NCBI GenBank assembly: GCA_023954015.1
Contig: JAMLIS010000015.1
Span: 9,726 to 73,725 of the forward strand
Direction of reading: 5' to 3'
Length of the DNA stretch: 64,000 nt
From: Burkholderiaceae bacterium
Lineage (GTDB): Bacteria > Pseudomonadota > Gammaproteobacteria > Burkholderiales > Burkholderiaceae_E
Part shown: positions 41,601-50,163 of the stretch, in pieces
Position numbering within the stretch: position 1 is the stretch's first letter
Layout of the letters: the number at the start of each line of letters is the position of its first letter
Translations under genes and position numbers: made by a program
The notes under the pieces: model-generated
The model's input: only the letters and a program-made list of their open reading frames with translations
Database searches by the model: none
Told to the model about the DNA's origin: nothing

Positions 41601-42451
41601 TCGGGCGTGACCGCGACCACTTTTGCGCCCTTGTAGCGCACCTCGGTGAAGAAGTGCGCATCGGGCGTCCTCGTCTGCGGTACGTTCGAGCCCCAGGCGA
41701 TGAGGAAGGTCGAGTTGTACCAGTCGGCCGACTCGGGAACGTCGGTCTGCTCGCCCCAGGTCTGCGGGCTCGACGGCGGCAGGTCGCAGTACCAGTCGTA
41801 GAAGCTCATGCACACGCCGCCGATCAACGACAGGTAGCGCGAGCCGGCGGCGTACGAAACCATCGACATCGCCGGAATCGGCGAAAAGCCCAGAACGCGG
41901 TCGGGCCCGTAGCGGCGAATCGTGTAGATGTTGGCGGCCGCGACGATCTCGTTCGCTTCGTCCCACGACGCGCGAACGAAGCCGCCCAGGCCGCGCTGCT
42001 GCTGCCAGCCGCGGCGCAGCGCATCGTCGCCGACGATCGCCGCCCAGGCATCCACCGGCGACGCGGCCCTGGCCCGCGCCGCTCGCCACGCCTTCAGCAG
42101 CCGGCCGCGCACCATCGGGTACTTGACCCGGTTCGCGCTGTACAGATACCAGCTGTAGCTCGCCCCGCGCGCGCAGCCGCGCGGCTCGTGGTTCGGCAGA
42201 TCCGGACGCGTGCGCGGATAGTCGGTCTGCTGCGTCTCCCAGGTGACGATGCCGCCCTTGACGTAGATCTTCCACGAGCACGAGCCCGTGCAGTTCGTGC
42301 CGTGCGTGGAGCGCACGATCTTGTCGTGCTGCCAGCGATTGCGGTAGGCGTCTTCCCACGTGCGGTCTTCGCCGGTCGTCAGTCCGTGGCCGTCGGCGAA
42401 GGCCTCGGCGGGTTGCGCGAAGAAGGTGAGGCGGTCGAGCAGGTGGCTCAT
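38615..42451 (-). CDS. narG: Respiratory nitrate reductase alpha subunit, copy 2
   Basis: 1278 aa from MSHLLDRLTFFAQP, with HGTNCTGSCSWKIYVKGG. The upstream extension of ORF 38615..42835 is rejected because it runs into a palindromic repeat. Confidence 0.97.
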   Translation of the reverse strand: MSHLLDRLTFFAQPAEAFADGHGLTTGEDRTWEDAYRNRWQHDKIVRSTHGTNCTGSCSWKIYVKGGIVTWETQQTDYPRTRPDLPNHEPRGCARGASYSWYLYSANRVKYPMVRGRLLKAWRAARARAASPVDAWAAIVGDDALRRGWQQQRGLGGFVRASWDEANEIVAAANIYTIRRYGPDRVLGFSPIPAMSMVSYAAGSRYLSLIGGVCMSFYDWYCDLPPSSPQTWGEQTDVPESADWYNSTFLIAWGSNVPQTRTPDAHFFTEVRYKGAKVVAVTPDYAEVSKLADLWLHPKQGTDAALAMAMGHVVLDEFHVKRRVPYFEDYARRYTDLPLLVELGETTLADGSRLLAPGRYLRASDFDAALGQENHPEWKTVAFDADGGVVVPNGSIGFRWGPDGRGDRGKWNLEARDARDAREVSLQLSLLDDDRGVDRELVDVGFPYFGGIATPHFESNEQGADVLRRRVPARRLPVVRDGVRTEILAATVFDLLAANYGVARAGVDDPSAAAGFDDDVPYTPAWQEAITGVPREHVIAVARQFAGNAEKTRGRSMVIIGAAMNHWYHCDMNYRGIINLLMLCGCIGQSGGGWAHYVGQEKLRPQTGWAPLAFALDWIRPPRQQNSTSFFYAHTDQWRYERLGVDEVLSPLADRDAHRASMIDYNVRAERMGWLPSAPQLKTNPLAIAPAAQAAGMDPKAYVVRNLKSGALELSCEDPDDPANWPRNLFVWRSNLLGSSGKGHEYFLRHLLGTSHGVQGKDLGAEEAKPVEVKWHEHAPEGKLDLLVTLDFRMSTTCLYSDVVLPTATWYEKNDLNTSDMHPFVHPLSRAVDPAWEARSDWEIYKGFAKKFSELCPGHLGVERDVVLTPMMHDTPAELAQPFDVHDWKRGDCELEPGRTAPQISVVERDYPNTWARFTALGPLMTQMGNGGKGIAWNTEDEVRALAELNGEVLDEGPAKGLPRIVSDIDAAETVMMLAPETNGQVAVKAWDALSKITGRAHAHLAVHREDEKIRFRDIQAQPRKIISSPTWSGLESEKVSYNAGYTNVHELIPWRTLTGRQQFYQDHPWMRAFGEGFVSYRPPVDLKAVGEVMGRKPNGNAEIALNFITPHQKWGIHSTYSDNLMMLTLNRGGPVIWLSEDDARAAGIVDNDWVELFNANGAIAARAVVSQRVNRGMVMMYHAQEKIINTPGSEITGMRGGIHNSVTRVVLKPTHMIGGYAQYSYGFNYYGTIGTNRDEFVVVRKMAKVDWLDEPAHDREAAAAAAATAIAAAAKGA

Positions 42452-42480
42452 TCGGTGGTGCTCCGTGCAACGTTGCTCGA

Positions 42481-42874
42481 GCGGCGAGTGGCTGCGAGCC
42501 GCCGGGGGCGGCAAGCCGGGTGTGCGCGCTGCGCGCTCAGGGCGGTGGCAGCGGGCCTTGCGGGCGGGGCGGAGCGATCGGTGCGGCGATCCTGCGGCGC
42601 CGGGCAGCGCAGTCTCGGGGTCGGCGCGCGAAGCGCGCTTCGTACCTCTGACTCGCGGCGGCCTGTCTGAGCGGAGCGCGCGAAGCGCGCGTAGCGAGTT
42701 CCGCCGCGCGACCCCGAGGCGAGCAGCACAGGGAAGTCGGCGCGCAGCGCCGACCGCCGCAGCCGGAGCCGCACCGATCGCCCCGCCCGCCCCGCAAGGC
42801 CCGCTGCCACCGCCCCGAGCGCGCAGCGCGCACACCCGGCTTGCCGCCCCCGGCGGCTCGCAGCCACTCGCCGC
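42481..42874. repeat. Nested GC-rich palindromic element (about 394 bp) between narK2 and narG copy 2
   Basis: The 107-nt arms (42481-42587 and 42768-42874) are reverse complements with about 4 differences. The centre holds further stems: ctgcggcg/cgccgcag, ctcggggtcg/cgaccccgag, two gcgcgc-GAA-gcgcgc hairpins (42624-42638 and 42676-42690), and gtcggcgc-GCA-gcgccgac (42736-42754). Confidence 0.9.
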
Positions 42875-42905
42875 GAGCGCGCCGATGCGCGAAGGACGTC
42901 GAGAC

Positions 42906-44354
42906 TCAGCACGGCATTTCGGCGTCGCGCCGCGCGTAGTACCACCACGTGATCAACGTGCACAACAGATAGAACGCGCAGAAGATCCACAGCGCTGCCT
43001 CGGGCCCGCCGGTGGCGGCGATCGAGCTGCCATAGCTCTTCGGGATGAAGAAGCCGCCGTAGGCCCCGAGCGCGCCGGCGAAGCCCAGCGCCGCCGCCGC
43101 CTCCGTATTGCCGTCGCGCGTGGCCTGCGCAACCGCCGCCTCGCCCTTGCCGCGCGCCTCGGCCAGCCGCTGGTTCATGAAGATCACCGGGATCATCCGG
43201 AACGTCGAGCCGTTGCCGATGCCGGTGGTCAGGAACAGAACCAGGAACATCACGAAGAAGCCGCCGAAGTGGCCTTCCGCCGGACCGAAAGGCATCGCGA
43301 AGCCGCCCGTGCCCTTCGGCAGGAAGAACAGCACGCCGACGACGGCGAGCGCCATCACGACGAAGTTCCAGTAGGTGACTTTCGCGCCGCCGAGCTTGTC
43401 CGAGAGCCAGCCGCCGAAGGGCCGGATGACCGCGCCGACGAGCGGACCGAGCCAGGCGTAGGCGAGCGGATTCACGGCGGGGAACTGGCTGCGGATCAGC
43501 AGCGGGAAGCCGGCTGCGAAGCCGATGAACGACCCGAAGGTGCCCAGGTACAGCACGCACATCAGCCAGTTGTGCTTGCGCCGGAAGATCGCCGCCTGCG
43601 CGGCGAACGACGCTTTCGCATCGGCGATGTCGTTCATGAAGAACCAGGCCGCGACGGCAGCGAGCGCGATCCACGGCACCCAGACGAAGGCGGCGTTCTG
43701 CGTCCACACCGACACGGTCTGGCCGTTGCGCACGATCGTCTGCGGTTCGCCGCCGAAGATGCCGAACACGCCGACGGCGACGACCAGCGGCGCAAGGAAC
43801 TGCACGACCGATACGCCGAGGTTGCCCAGGCCGGCGTTCACGCCGAGCGCCGAACCCTTGCGCTCCTTCGGAAAGAAGAAGCTGATGTTCGCCATGCTCG
43901 AGCTGAAGTTGCCTCCGCCGAGCCCGCACAGCAGCGCGAGCGCGAGCATCGTCGGATAGCTGGTCGTCGGATCCTGCACTGCGAAGCCGATGCCGATCGC
44001 CGGGATCAGCAGCGACGCGGTCGAGATCGCCGTCCAGCGCCGGCCGCCCACCAGCGGCACCATGAACGAATAGAAGATGCGCAGCGTCGCGCCCGACAGC
44101 GCCGGGGCCGCGGCGAGCCAGAACAGCTGGTTCGTCGAATAGCGAAAGCCCAGTGCCGGCAGACTCACCGCGACGACGCTCCACAACTGCCAGACGGCGA
44201 AGGCGAGGAACAGCGCGGGCACCGAGATCCACAGGTTGAGCTTGGCGATCGCCTCGCCCTCGCGTTGCCAGAAGGCCTTGTCCTCGGGCGTCCAGATCTT
44301 CAGCAGGCTGCCGGGTCTTGCACGTACGGCATCGGCAGTGGTCGAGGCGGTCAT
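42906..44354 (-). CDS. narK: MFS nitrate/nitrite transporter, NarK2-type (second of the tandem pair)
   Basis: 482 aa with 12 TM-like helices: FWQREGEAIAKLNLWISVPALFLAFAVWQLWS and GATLRIFYSFMVPLVGGRRW. It lies directly upstream of narG in the same orientation. Confidence 0.88.
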   Translation of the reverse strand: MTASTTADAVRARPGSLLKIWTPEDKAFWQREGEAIAKLNLWISVPALFLAFAVWQLWSVVAVSLPALGFRYSTNQLFWLAAAPALSGATLRIFYSFMVPLVGGRRWTAISTASLLIPAIGIGFAVQDPTTSYPTMLALALLCGLGGGNFSSSMANISFFFPKERKGSALGVNAGLGNLGVSVVQFLAPLVVAVGVFGIFGGEPQTIVRNGQTVSVWTQNAAFVWVPWIALAAVAAWFFMNDIADAKASFAAQAAIFRRKHNWLMCVLYLGTFGSFIGFAAGFPLLIRSQFPAVNPLAYAWLGPLVGAVIRPFGGWLSDKLGGAKVTYWNFVVMALAVVGVLFFLPKGTGGFAMPFGPAEGHFGGFFVMFLVLFLTTGIGNGSTFRMIPVIFMNQRLAEARGKGEAAVAQATRDGNTEAAAALGFAGALGAYGGFFIPKSYGSSIAATGGPEAALWIFCAFYLLCTLITWWYYARRDAEMPC

Positions 44355-44406
44355 TCGAGTTCTCCGTGGATCGGAGGCGCAACGCGAATCGCGTCGTGCC
44401 GGCGGC

Positions 44407-45678
44407 TCAGCCGCGGGCGGGCGCCGTGTGCGGCCCCATCAATTCGGTGCGGCGCACCTCGGTGAAGTACATCCAGATCAGCGACACCCAGACGACGCCG
44501 TACATCAGCATGAAGGCGCTCGAGCGCACGCCGGTGAGGTCGACCAGCGCACCGAAGAGGATCGGCAGCACGAAGCCGCCCAGGCCGCCGGCCAGGCCGA
44601 CGATTCCGGAGACGGTGCCGATGTCCGCAGCGTATTCGTCGCTGATGTACTTGAAGACGCTCGCCTTGCCGAAGGCCCAGGCGACGCCGAGCACGAACAT
44701 CAGCAAGGTGAAGGCGTAGACGTTCAGCCCGATGTGGAAGCTGCGCGTGCCCTCGATCGTCGTCACGGTGAACTGCGTCTGCGGGTAACTGAGCAGGAAC
44801 AGGCAGATCCAGCTCACCCACATCACCCACCAGGTGACGCTGTGCGCGCCGTACTTGTCCGACAGCCACCCGCCGGCGGCGCGCAGCACGCCGCCGGGCA
44901 GCGAGAAGCAGGCGGCGAGAAGCGCGGCGACGCGGATGTCCATTCCGTACTCGCCGACGTAGTACTGCACCATCCACAGGCTGAGCGCGACATAGCCGCC
45001 GAAGACGATGCTGTAGTACTGGCAGTACTTGAGCACGCGCGGGTCCTTCAGCATCTTCAGCTGGTCGGCCAGGCGCACGTGGCTCGGCACGCGATGCGCC
45101 GGATCGCTGTACGTGAACATCCAGAACAGGACGGTCGTCAACAGCAGGATCACCGCGTACACCTGCGGGACCATCGCCCAGCCGAAGGCGACGACGAGCG
45201 CGGGCGCGACGAACTTGTTCACCGCCGCGCCCGAGTTGCCGGCGCCGAAGACGCCCATCGCGAAGCCCTGCCGGTTGCGCGGAAACCAGCGCGCCACGTA
45301 CGGCGTGCCGACGGAGAACGAACCACCTGCCAGGCCGACGAACAGCCCGATGACGAGAAACTGCCAGAACTGGGTGGCGTAGGCCATCAGCCAGATCGCA
45401 GGCACGGTGGCGGCCATCAGCACCGTCATCACGACGCGCCCGCCGTAGCGGTCGGTCCAGATACCCAGCGGCACGCGGATCAGCGATCCGGTGAGCACCG
45501 GCGTGGCGGTCAGCAGGCCGAACTGCGTGGCGTTCAGGTCCAGCGACTTGCGGATCGGGATGCCGATCACGCCGAACATCATCCAGACCATGAAGCAGAC
45601 GGTGAAGGCGAGCGTGCTGAAGATCAGCACCGACAGGCCCTGGCGCGCCCGCGCGCCCTCGAAGTCGACGGAACTCAT
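44407..45678 (-). CDS. narK: MFS nitrate/nitrite transporter, NarK1-type (first of the tandem pair)
   Basis: 423 aa: LIRVPLGIWTDRYGGRVV and GVFGAGNSGAAVNKFVAPAL. AGGAGA lies 7 nt upstream of ATG 45678. Confidence 0.88.
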   Translation of the reverse strand: MSSVDFEGARARQGLSVLIFSTLAFTVCFMVWMMFGVIGIPIRKSLDLNATQFGLLTATPVLTGSLIRVPLGIWTDRYGGRVVMTVLMAATVPAIWLMAYATQFWQFLVIGLFVGLAGGSFSVGTPYVARWFPRNRQGFAMGVFGAGNSGAAVNKFVAPALVVAFGWAMVPQVYAVILLLTTVLFWMFTYSDPAHRVPSHVRLADQLKMLKDPRVLKYCQYYSIVFGGYVALSLWMVQYYVGEYGMDIRVAALLAACFSLPGGVLRAAGGWLSDKYGAHSVTWWVMWVSWICLFLLSYPQTQFTVTTIEGTRSFHIGLNVYAFTLLMFVLGVAWAFGKASVFKYISDEYAADIGTVSGIVGLAGGLGGFVLPILFGALVDLTGVRSSAFMLMYGVVWVSLIWMYFTEVRRTELMGPHTAPARG

Positions 45679-45781
45679 TTCACGTTCTCCTGGTGCAGAC
45701 TTTAGGGATCGGCAGGCAGCGCGAACATCCTTCGGCGGTGTGCGTTCGGGAAGGCGGAAGGAGGAGGCGGGGCTGGTTCGC

Positions 45782-45799
45782 GTAGTTCGAAGGAACTAC
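45782..45799. promoter_or_regulatory. Perfect 7-4-7 palindrome upstream of narK1; candidate operator
   Basis: gtagttc-gaag-gaactac lies about 105-120 nt upstream of the narK1 ATG. It is not a consensus FNR (TTGAT-N4-ATCAA) or NarL (TACYYMT) site. Confidence 0.25.
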
Positions 45800-45908
45800 T
45801 CCGTGCCGTTGCAACCGTACGCCGATCGGGCGGCTGGGGCGGACTGCCGGGTGCTGTTCCCGCAGGCGCGCTCGGCCCGACATCGCAGCGCGCTGTCACG
45901 AGAATGCG

Positions 45909-45947
45909 GCGCGCCGCGAAACGACGCGGCGCGCTGCGAAACGCAGC
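45909..45947 (-). terminator. Tandem GC hairpins downstream of narL; candidate terminator with no U-tract
   Basis: gcgcgccgcg (45909-45918) pairs with cgcggcgcgc (45925-45934) across a 6-nt loop. An overlapping gctgcg-aaa-cgcagc follows at 45933-47. Another 9-bp hairpin sits at the narL stop (46042-46063). Confidence 0.3.
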
Positions 45948-46061
45948 ATTCGTCGCCGCAAACATCCTCGCTGGGCTTAAACCGCCGCCTTTTGCAGCGT
46001 TTCACCGCAGGCGATGCGGCCGGCGCAGCGGCAGGTGACGCGACCGGCGCAGCGGCGCCGG

Positions 46062-46730
46062 TCAGCCGAGACCGCGCTCCGCCGCGTAGACCGCCGCCTG
46101 CACGCGCGAGACGAGATCCAGCTTGCGCAGGATGTGCTGCACGTGGATCTTCACCGTCGTCTCGGCGATGTCCAGCGCGCGCGCGATCGCCTTGTTGCTC
46201 GCACCGCGGGCGATGTGCGCAAGGATCTCGCGCTCGCGCGGCGAAAGCGTCTCGATCGGATCGACCGCCGCCTTCGCGCGCGCTTCGCCCGGTGCTTCGA
46301 CGCTCGAGCGGAACGCCTCGACGAGCTTGCCGGTCATCTCGGGACTGACCACCGACTCGCCCTTCACCGTGCGCCGGATCGCTTCGGCGAGCGCGTCGCC
46401 GTCGATCGTCTTCAGCACGTAACCGCGCGCGCCCGCACGCAGCGCCGCCGCCATGTCGTTCTCGTCCTCGCTGACGGTGAGCATCAGCACCTGCGCCGAC
46501 GGCGCCGCTTCCTTCAGCCCGGGAAGCGCCGCAATGCCGCTCGCGCCGGGCAGGTGGTTGTCGAGCAGGATCACCTGCGGCTGCAACTCGCGCGCGCGGC
46601 GCAGCGCCTCGCCGGCGTCGGCCGCCTCGCCGACGACCTCGAGGCCCCGCTCGCTCGCCAGCAGCGCGACGAGCCCGCGTCGGAACAGCGTGTGGTCGTC
46701 GACGACGAGCAGGCGGATCGGCGCCGTCAT
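46062..46730 (-). CDS. narL: Nitrate/nitrite response regulator (NarL/FixJ family)
   Basis: 222 aa: a REC domain (RLLVVDDHTLFRRGL) plus a LuxR HTH (LSPREREILAHIARGASNKAIARALDIAETTVKIHVQHILRKL). The start overlaps the narX stop as ATGA. Confidence 0.92.
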   Translation of the reverse strand: MTAPIRLLVVDDHTLFRRGLVALLASERGLEVVGEAADAGEALRRARELQPQVILLDNHLPGASGIAALPGLKEAAPSAQVLMLTVSEDENDMAAALRAGARGYVLKTIDGDALAEAIRRTVKGESVVSPEMTGKLVEAFRSSVEAPGEARAKAAVDPIETLSPREREILAHIARGASNKAIARALDIAETTVKIHVQHILRKLDLVSRVQAAVYAAERGLG

Positions 46731-48742
46731 GCCGGGTTGCCGGTGGCGGGCGCGTTCGCTTCGCGCGCGCTGCCGGCGACGGAAGAGCCGCCCGGGGCGC
46801 TTGTCGCGCGGCCCTCTGCGCCTGCCCCGCCGCCCTCTGCGCCTGCCCCGCCGCCCTCTGCGCCTGCCCCGCCGCCCTCTGCCGCCCGCAACGCCTGCGG
46901 CGGCAGGGTGAGGACAACGCGCGTTCCCTCGCCCGGCGCCGACTCGACCTCGACCCGGCCGCCGATGCGCATCGCGCGCTCGCGCGCGATGCGCAGCCCC
47001 ACCTGCGTCTCGCCGGGCGAGGCCTGCGCGTCGAAGCCACGGCCGTCGTCGCGCACCTCGAATCGCCAGGCCGGCGTCTGCTGCACGCGCAGCCAGACGC
47101 GCTGCGCGCCGGCGTGCTTGCGTACGTTCGACAGCGCCTCCTGCACGATGTGCAGCGCCTGCACCTGGACGTCCGGGTCGAGCGGCAGTCCGTGCCCCTC
47201 GATGTCGAGCTGCACGCGCAGGCCGGTCTGGTGCTCGAACTTGGACAGCGTCGTGCGCAGCGCCGGCTCGATGTCCTCGTCGCGCGTGCGCGTGCGAAAG
47301 TGCAGCAGCAGCTCGCGCACGTCGCTGTAGCTTTCGCGCACGCCCGCGTCGATCTCGTCGACGACGCGCGCGACCTTCGACGGATCGTCGCGCTCGGCCG
47401 CGTCGCGCAGCAGCTTCACCTGGATCTTCAGGAAGGCCAGCGACTGCGCGATCGAATCGTGCAGCTCCTGCGCCAGCAACTCGCGCTCGTGCGCCACGGC
47501 CGCCTCCAGGTCGAGCGCGGCAGCGCGCATACCCTCCATCGCGCTGGCCAGGTGGCTCGCCAGCGTCTCGAGCAGCGAGCGGTCTTCGTCGACGAGCGCG
47601 TGCTCGTGGCGATACAGCAGGTCGATTTCGCCGAGCACGCGGTGCTGCAACTCGATCGGAACCGCGACCAGCGTGCGATAGCCGGCCGACCGACAGAGGC
47701 CGAGCCGCTCGCCGGAACCGGGGCGCAGCGCAATGGTTCGCGCTCCGGAGCCGGCAGACGCATCGCCGCAGTGGCAGCTGCCGGCGGTCACGCACTGCTC
47801 GGCCTGCACGATCGCGTCGGGCAGGCCGTCGGCGGCCAGCAGCAGGTAGCGCTGGTTCGCCTGGTCCGACCAGCGGATCATCGCCGCGTCCGCCCGCGCA
47901 GCCTCGCGCGCCTTGCGCACGAAGCCGTGCGCGAGGTCGTCGAGCGTGTCCACGCCGCCGATGAACGCGCTCGCGTCGTACAGCGCCGCGAGCCGACGGC
48001 TCTTCGCTTCGAGCGTCGCCGTCTTCTCGCGAACCTTGTCCTCGAGGCCGGCGTACAGCTGCTGCAGGTTGCCGGCCATCCGGTTGAAGCCCTCGCTCAG
48101 TTCGCCGAACTCGTCGCGCGAGACGACGTCGACCCGTGTCTCGAACTCGCCCCGCTCGACGCGCGCGAGCGCACGCCGCAGCCGGGCGACCGGGTCGACG
48201 ACGTAGATGTAGCCGGTGTAGAGCAGCGCGACCGCGCCTCCGATCGCCAGTGCCATCATCGCGAACTGGTAGGCGTAGAGGATGGCGGTCCAGCGCGACA
48301 GCTGGTTCTCGATCGACGCGACGAACTCGTCGGTGGACTCGACGAACCCGTCGACCTGCGGAAGCCGCACCAGATCGGGGCGCGAGAGCCAGTCGCTGCG
48401 CAGCGAACGCCATTGCGCCTGCACGTCGTCGAAGCGCTCGCGGGTGGCGTCGTTCCACGGCACGAACAGCGGCCGCGACGGGTCCCCGTCGCGCAGCACC
48501 GCCAGGCTTTCGTCGAAGCGCTCGACGTGGCGCGACAGCTCGGACGCGGCCCCGCGCTGCGCGTCGAGCGCCAGCCGGTAGGCCTGCATGCGCATGCGAC
48601 CCGCCTCGTTGACCGCCGCCGCCCCGCCCTGCAGTTCCCAGGTGACCCAGAACGTGAGCGCGATCGAAACGAGCGCGAGCAGCAGCATCGAGAAACCGAG
48701 GACGGCCAACCGGGCCGCCAGACTCCAGCGAGCGGCGCGCAT
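46727..48742 (-). CDS. narX: Nitrate/nitrite sensor histidine kinase (NarX-type, with a GAF-like insert)
   Basis: 671 aa. It has an N-terminal TM sensor, a HAMP-like region, a GAF-like region ([20 protein letters not shown]), the H-box [14 protein letters not shown], and an ATPase C-terminus ([11 protein letters not shown]). Confidence 0.9.
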   Translation of the reverse strand: MRAARWSLAARLAVLGFSMLLLALVSIALTFWVTWELQGGAAAVNEAGRMRMQAYRLALDAQRGAASELSRHVERFDESLAVLRDGDPSRPLFVPWNDATRERFDDVQAQWRSLRSDWLSRPDLVRLPQVDGFVESTDEFVASIENQLSRWTAILYAYQFAMMALAIGGAVALLYTGYIYVVDPVARLRRALARVERGEFETRVDVVSRDEFGELSEGFNRMAGNLQQLYAGLEDKVREKTATLEAKSRRLAALYDASAFIGGVDTLDDLAHGFVRKAREAARADAAMIRWSDQANQRYLLLAADGLPDAIVQAEQCVTAGSCHCGDASAGSGARTIALRPGSGERLGLCRSAGYRTLVAVPIELQHRVLGEIDLLYRHEHALVDEDRSLLETLASHLASAMEGMRAAALDLEAAVAHERELLAQELHDSIAQSLAFLKIQVKLLRDAAERDDPSKVARVVDEIDAGVRESYSDVRELLLHFRTRTRDEDIEPALRTTLSKFEHQTGLRVQLDIEGHGLPLDPDVQVQALHIVQEALSNVRKHAGAQRVWLRVQQTPAWRFEVRDDGRGFDAQASPGETQVGLRIARERAMRIGGRVEVESAPGEGTRVVLTLPPQALRAAEGGGAGAEGGGAGAEGGGAGAEGRATSAPGGSSVAGSAREANAPATGNPA
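46811..46886. repeat. 21-nt in-frame tandem repeat (3.6 units) in the narX C-terminal tail
   Basis: gccctctgcgcctgccccgcc occurs at 46811, 46832 and 46853, with a partial unit after. It encodes AEGGGAG three times, just upstream of the narX-narL overlap. Confidence 0.9.
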
Positions 48743-48975
48743 ACGCGAGCCTACCGCGTTGCCGCGGCGTCGGGCTTGCCCCGCGTCAACGCGGCGGCTT
48801 GAGCCAGATCATGGGGAAACGCGCCTGCTTCGGGCATAAATCGGTATCGCAATGCCATTTTGCGTGCTCCCGGCGCCACCGCACGCCGAAGGGTGCGCCG
48901 CGCGTCGTGCCGCGCAGGCGGCGCCGGCGGATCGACTACGCTAGAGATTTACCGAGCCGAATTCCAGGAGAGCCG

Positions 48976-50163
48976 ATGAAAGCCGCTTTCAAGTGGGACG
49001 ACCCGCTGCTGCTCGACCAGCAACTCACCGAGGACGAGCGCATGGTGCGCGAGGCAGCGGCAGCATACTGCCAGGAACGCCTCGCGCCGCGCGTGCTCGA
49101 AGCCTTCCGCAGCGAGAAGACCGACCCGGCGATCTTCCGCGAGATGGGCGCACTCGGCCTGCTCGGACCGACGATCCCCGAGGCCTACGGCGGCCCCGGC
49201 CTGAACTACGTCGCCTACGGACTGATCGCCCGCGAGGTCGAGCGCGTCGACTCCGGCTATCGCTCGATGATGAGCGTGCAGAGTTCGCTCGTCATGGTGC
49301 CGATCTTCGAGTTCGGCACCGACGCGCAGAAGGAGAAGTACCTGCCGAAGCTCGCCACCGGCGAATGGATCGGCTGCTTCGGCCTCACCGAGCCGAACCA
49401 CGGCTCCGATCCGGGCTCGATGGAGACGCGCGCCCGGAAAGTCTCCGGCGGCTACGAGCTCACCGGCAACAAGATGTGGATCTCGAACTCGCCGTTCGCC
49501 GACGTCTTCATCGTCTGGGCGAAGTGCGTCGGCGGCGATCACGACGGGCGCATCAAGGGCTTCATCCTCGAGAAGGGCTCGAAGGGCCTGTCGGCGCCGG
49601 CGATCCACGGCAAGGTGGGCCTGCGCGCGTCGCTCACCGGCGAGATCGTCATGGACCAGGTGTTCGTGCCCGACGAGCAGTTGATGCCGAAGGTCGAGGG
49701 ACTGAAGGGCCCGTTCACCTGCCTGAACAGCGCGCGCTACGGCATCGCCTGGGGCGCGCTCGGCGCCGCCGAAGACTGCTGGCATCGCGCCCGGCAGTAC
49801 GTGCTCGATCGCAGGCAGTTCGGCCGCGCGCTCGCCGCCAACCAGCTGATCCAGAAGAAACTCGCCGACATGCAGACCGAGATCACGCTGGGGCTGCAGG
49901 GATGCCTGCGCCTGGGCCGGATGAAGGACGAAGGCACGGCCGCCGTCGAGATCACGTCGATCATGAAGCGCAACTCGTGCGGCAAGTCGCTGGAGATCGC
50001 GCGGCTGGCGCGCGACATGATGGGCGGCAACGGCATCTCCGACGAGTTCGGCGTCGCGCGTCACCTGGTCAACCTCGAGGTCGTCAACACCTACGAGGGC
50101 ACGCACGACATCCACGCGCTGATCCTCGGACGCGCGCAGACCGGGATCCAGGCGTTCAGCTGA
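48976..50163 (+). CDS. gcdH: Glutaryl-CoA dehydrogenase (acyl-CoA dehydrogenase family)
   Basis: 395 aa: [41 protein letters not shown]... and [21 protein letters not shown] resemble GcdH closely, from memory. Confidence 0.88.
   Translation: MKAAFKWDDPLLLDQQLTEDERMVREAAAAYCQERLAPRVLEAFRSEKTDPAIFREMGALGLLGPTIPEAYGGPGLNYVAYGLIAREVERVDSGYRSMMSVQSSLVMVPIFEFGTDAQKEKYLPKLATGEWIGCFGLTEPNHGSDPGSMETRARKVSGGYELTGNKMWISNSPFADVFIVWAKCVGGDHDGRIKGFILEKGSKGLSAPAIHGKVGLRASLTGEIVMDQVFVPDEQLMPKVEGLKGPFTCLNSARYGIAWGALGAAEDCWHRARQYVLDRRQFGRALAANQLIQKKLADMQTEITLGLQGCLRLGRMKDEGTAAVEITSIMKRNSCGKSLEIARLARDMMGGNGISDEFGVARHLVNLEVVNTYEGTHDIHALILGRAQTGIQAFS

Noticed and set aside
42360-42835. Mirror-image ORFs on both strands inside the nar palindrome (for example 42537..42833 on the minus strand, the start of 42360..44465 on the plus strand, and the 5' extension of the narG2 ORF)
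   Set aside because: Both strands give near-identical peptides (RAARSGRWQRALR...), which is a direct result of the inverted repeat. There are no RBS or coding features.
42481-42874. Integron attC site, IS element or MITE with terminal inverted repeats and target-site duplication
   Set aside because: There is no integrase or transposase in the window, no GTTRRRY core sites, and no flanking direct duplication visible for either palindromic element. The whole element is palindromic, rather than only its termini.
45679-46061. FNR/Anr box and NarL 7-2-7 site upstream of narK1. The narG1 upstream region 33393-33620 was searched too.
   Set aside because: I searched by eye for TTGAT-N4-ATCAA and paired TACYYMT heptamers on both strands and found no convincing match. 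Only the non-consensus palindrome at 45782-45799 is reported.
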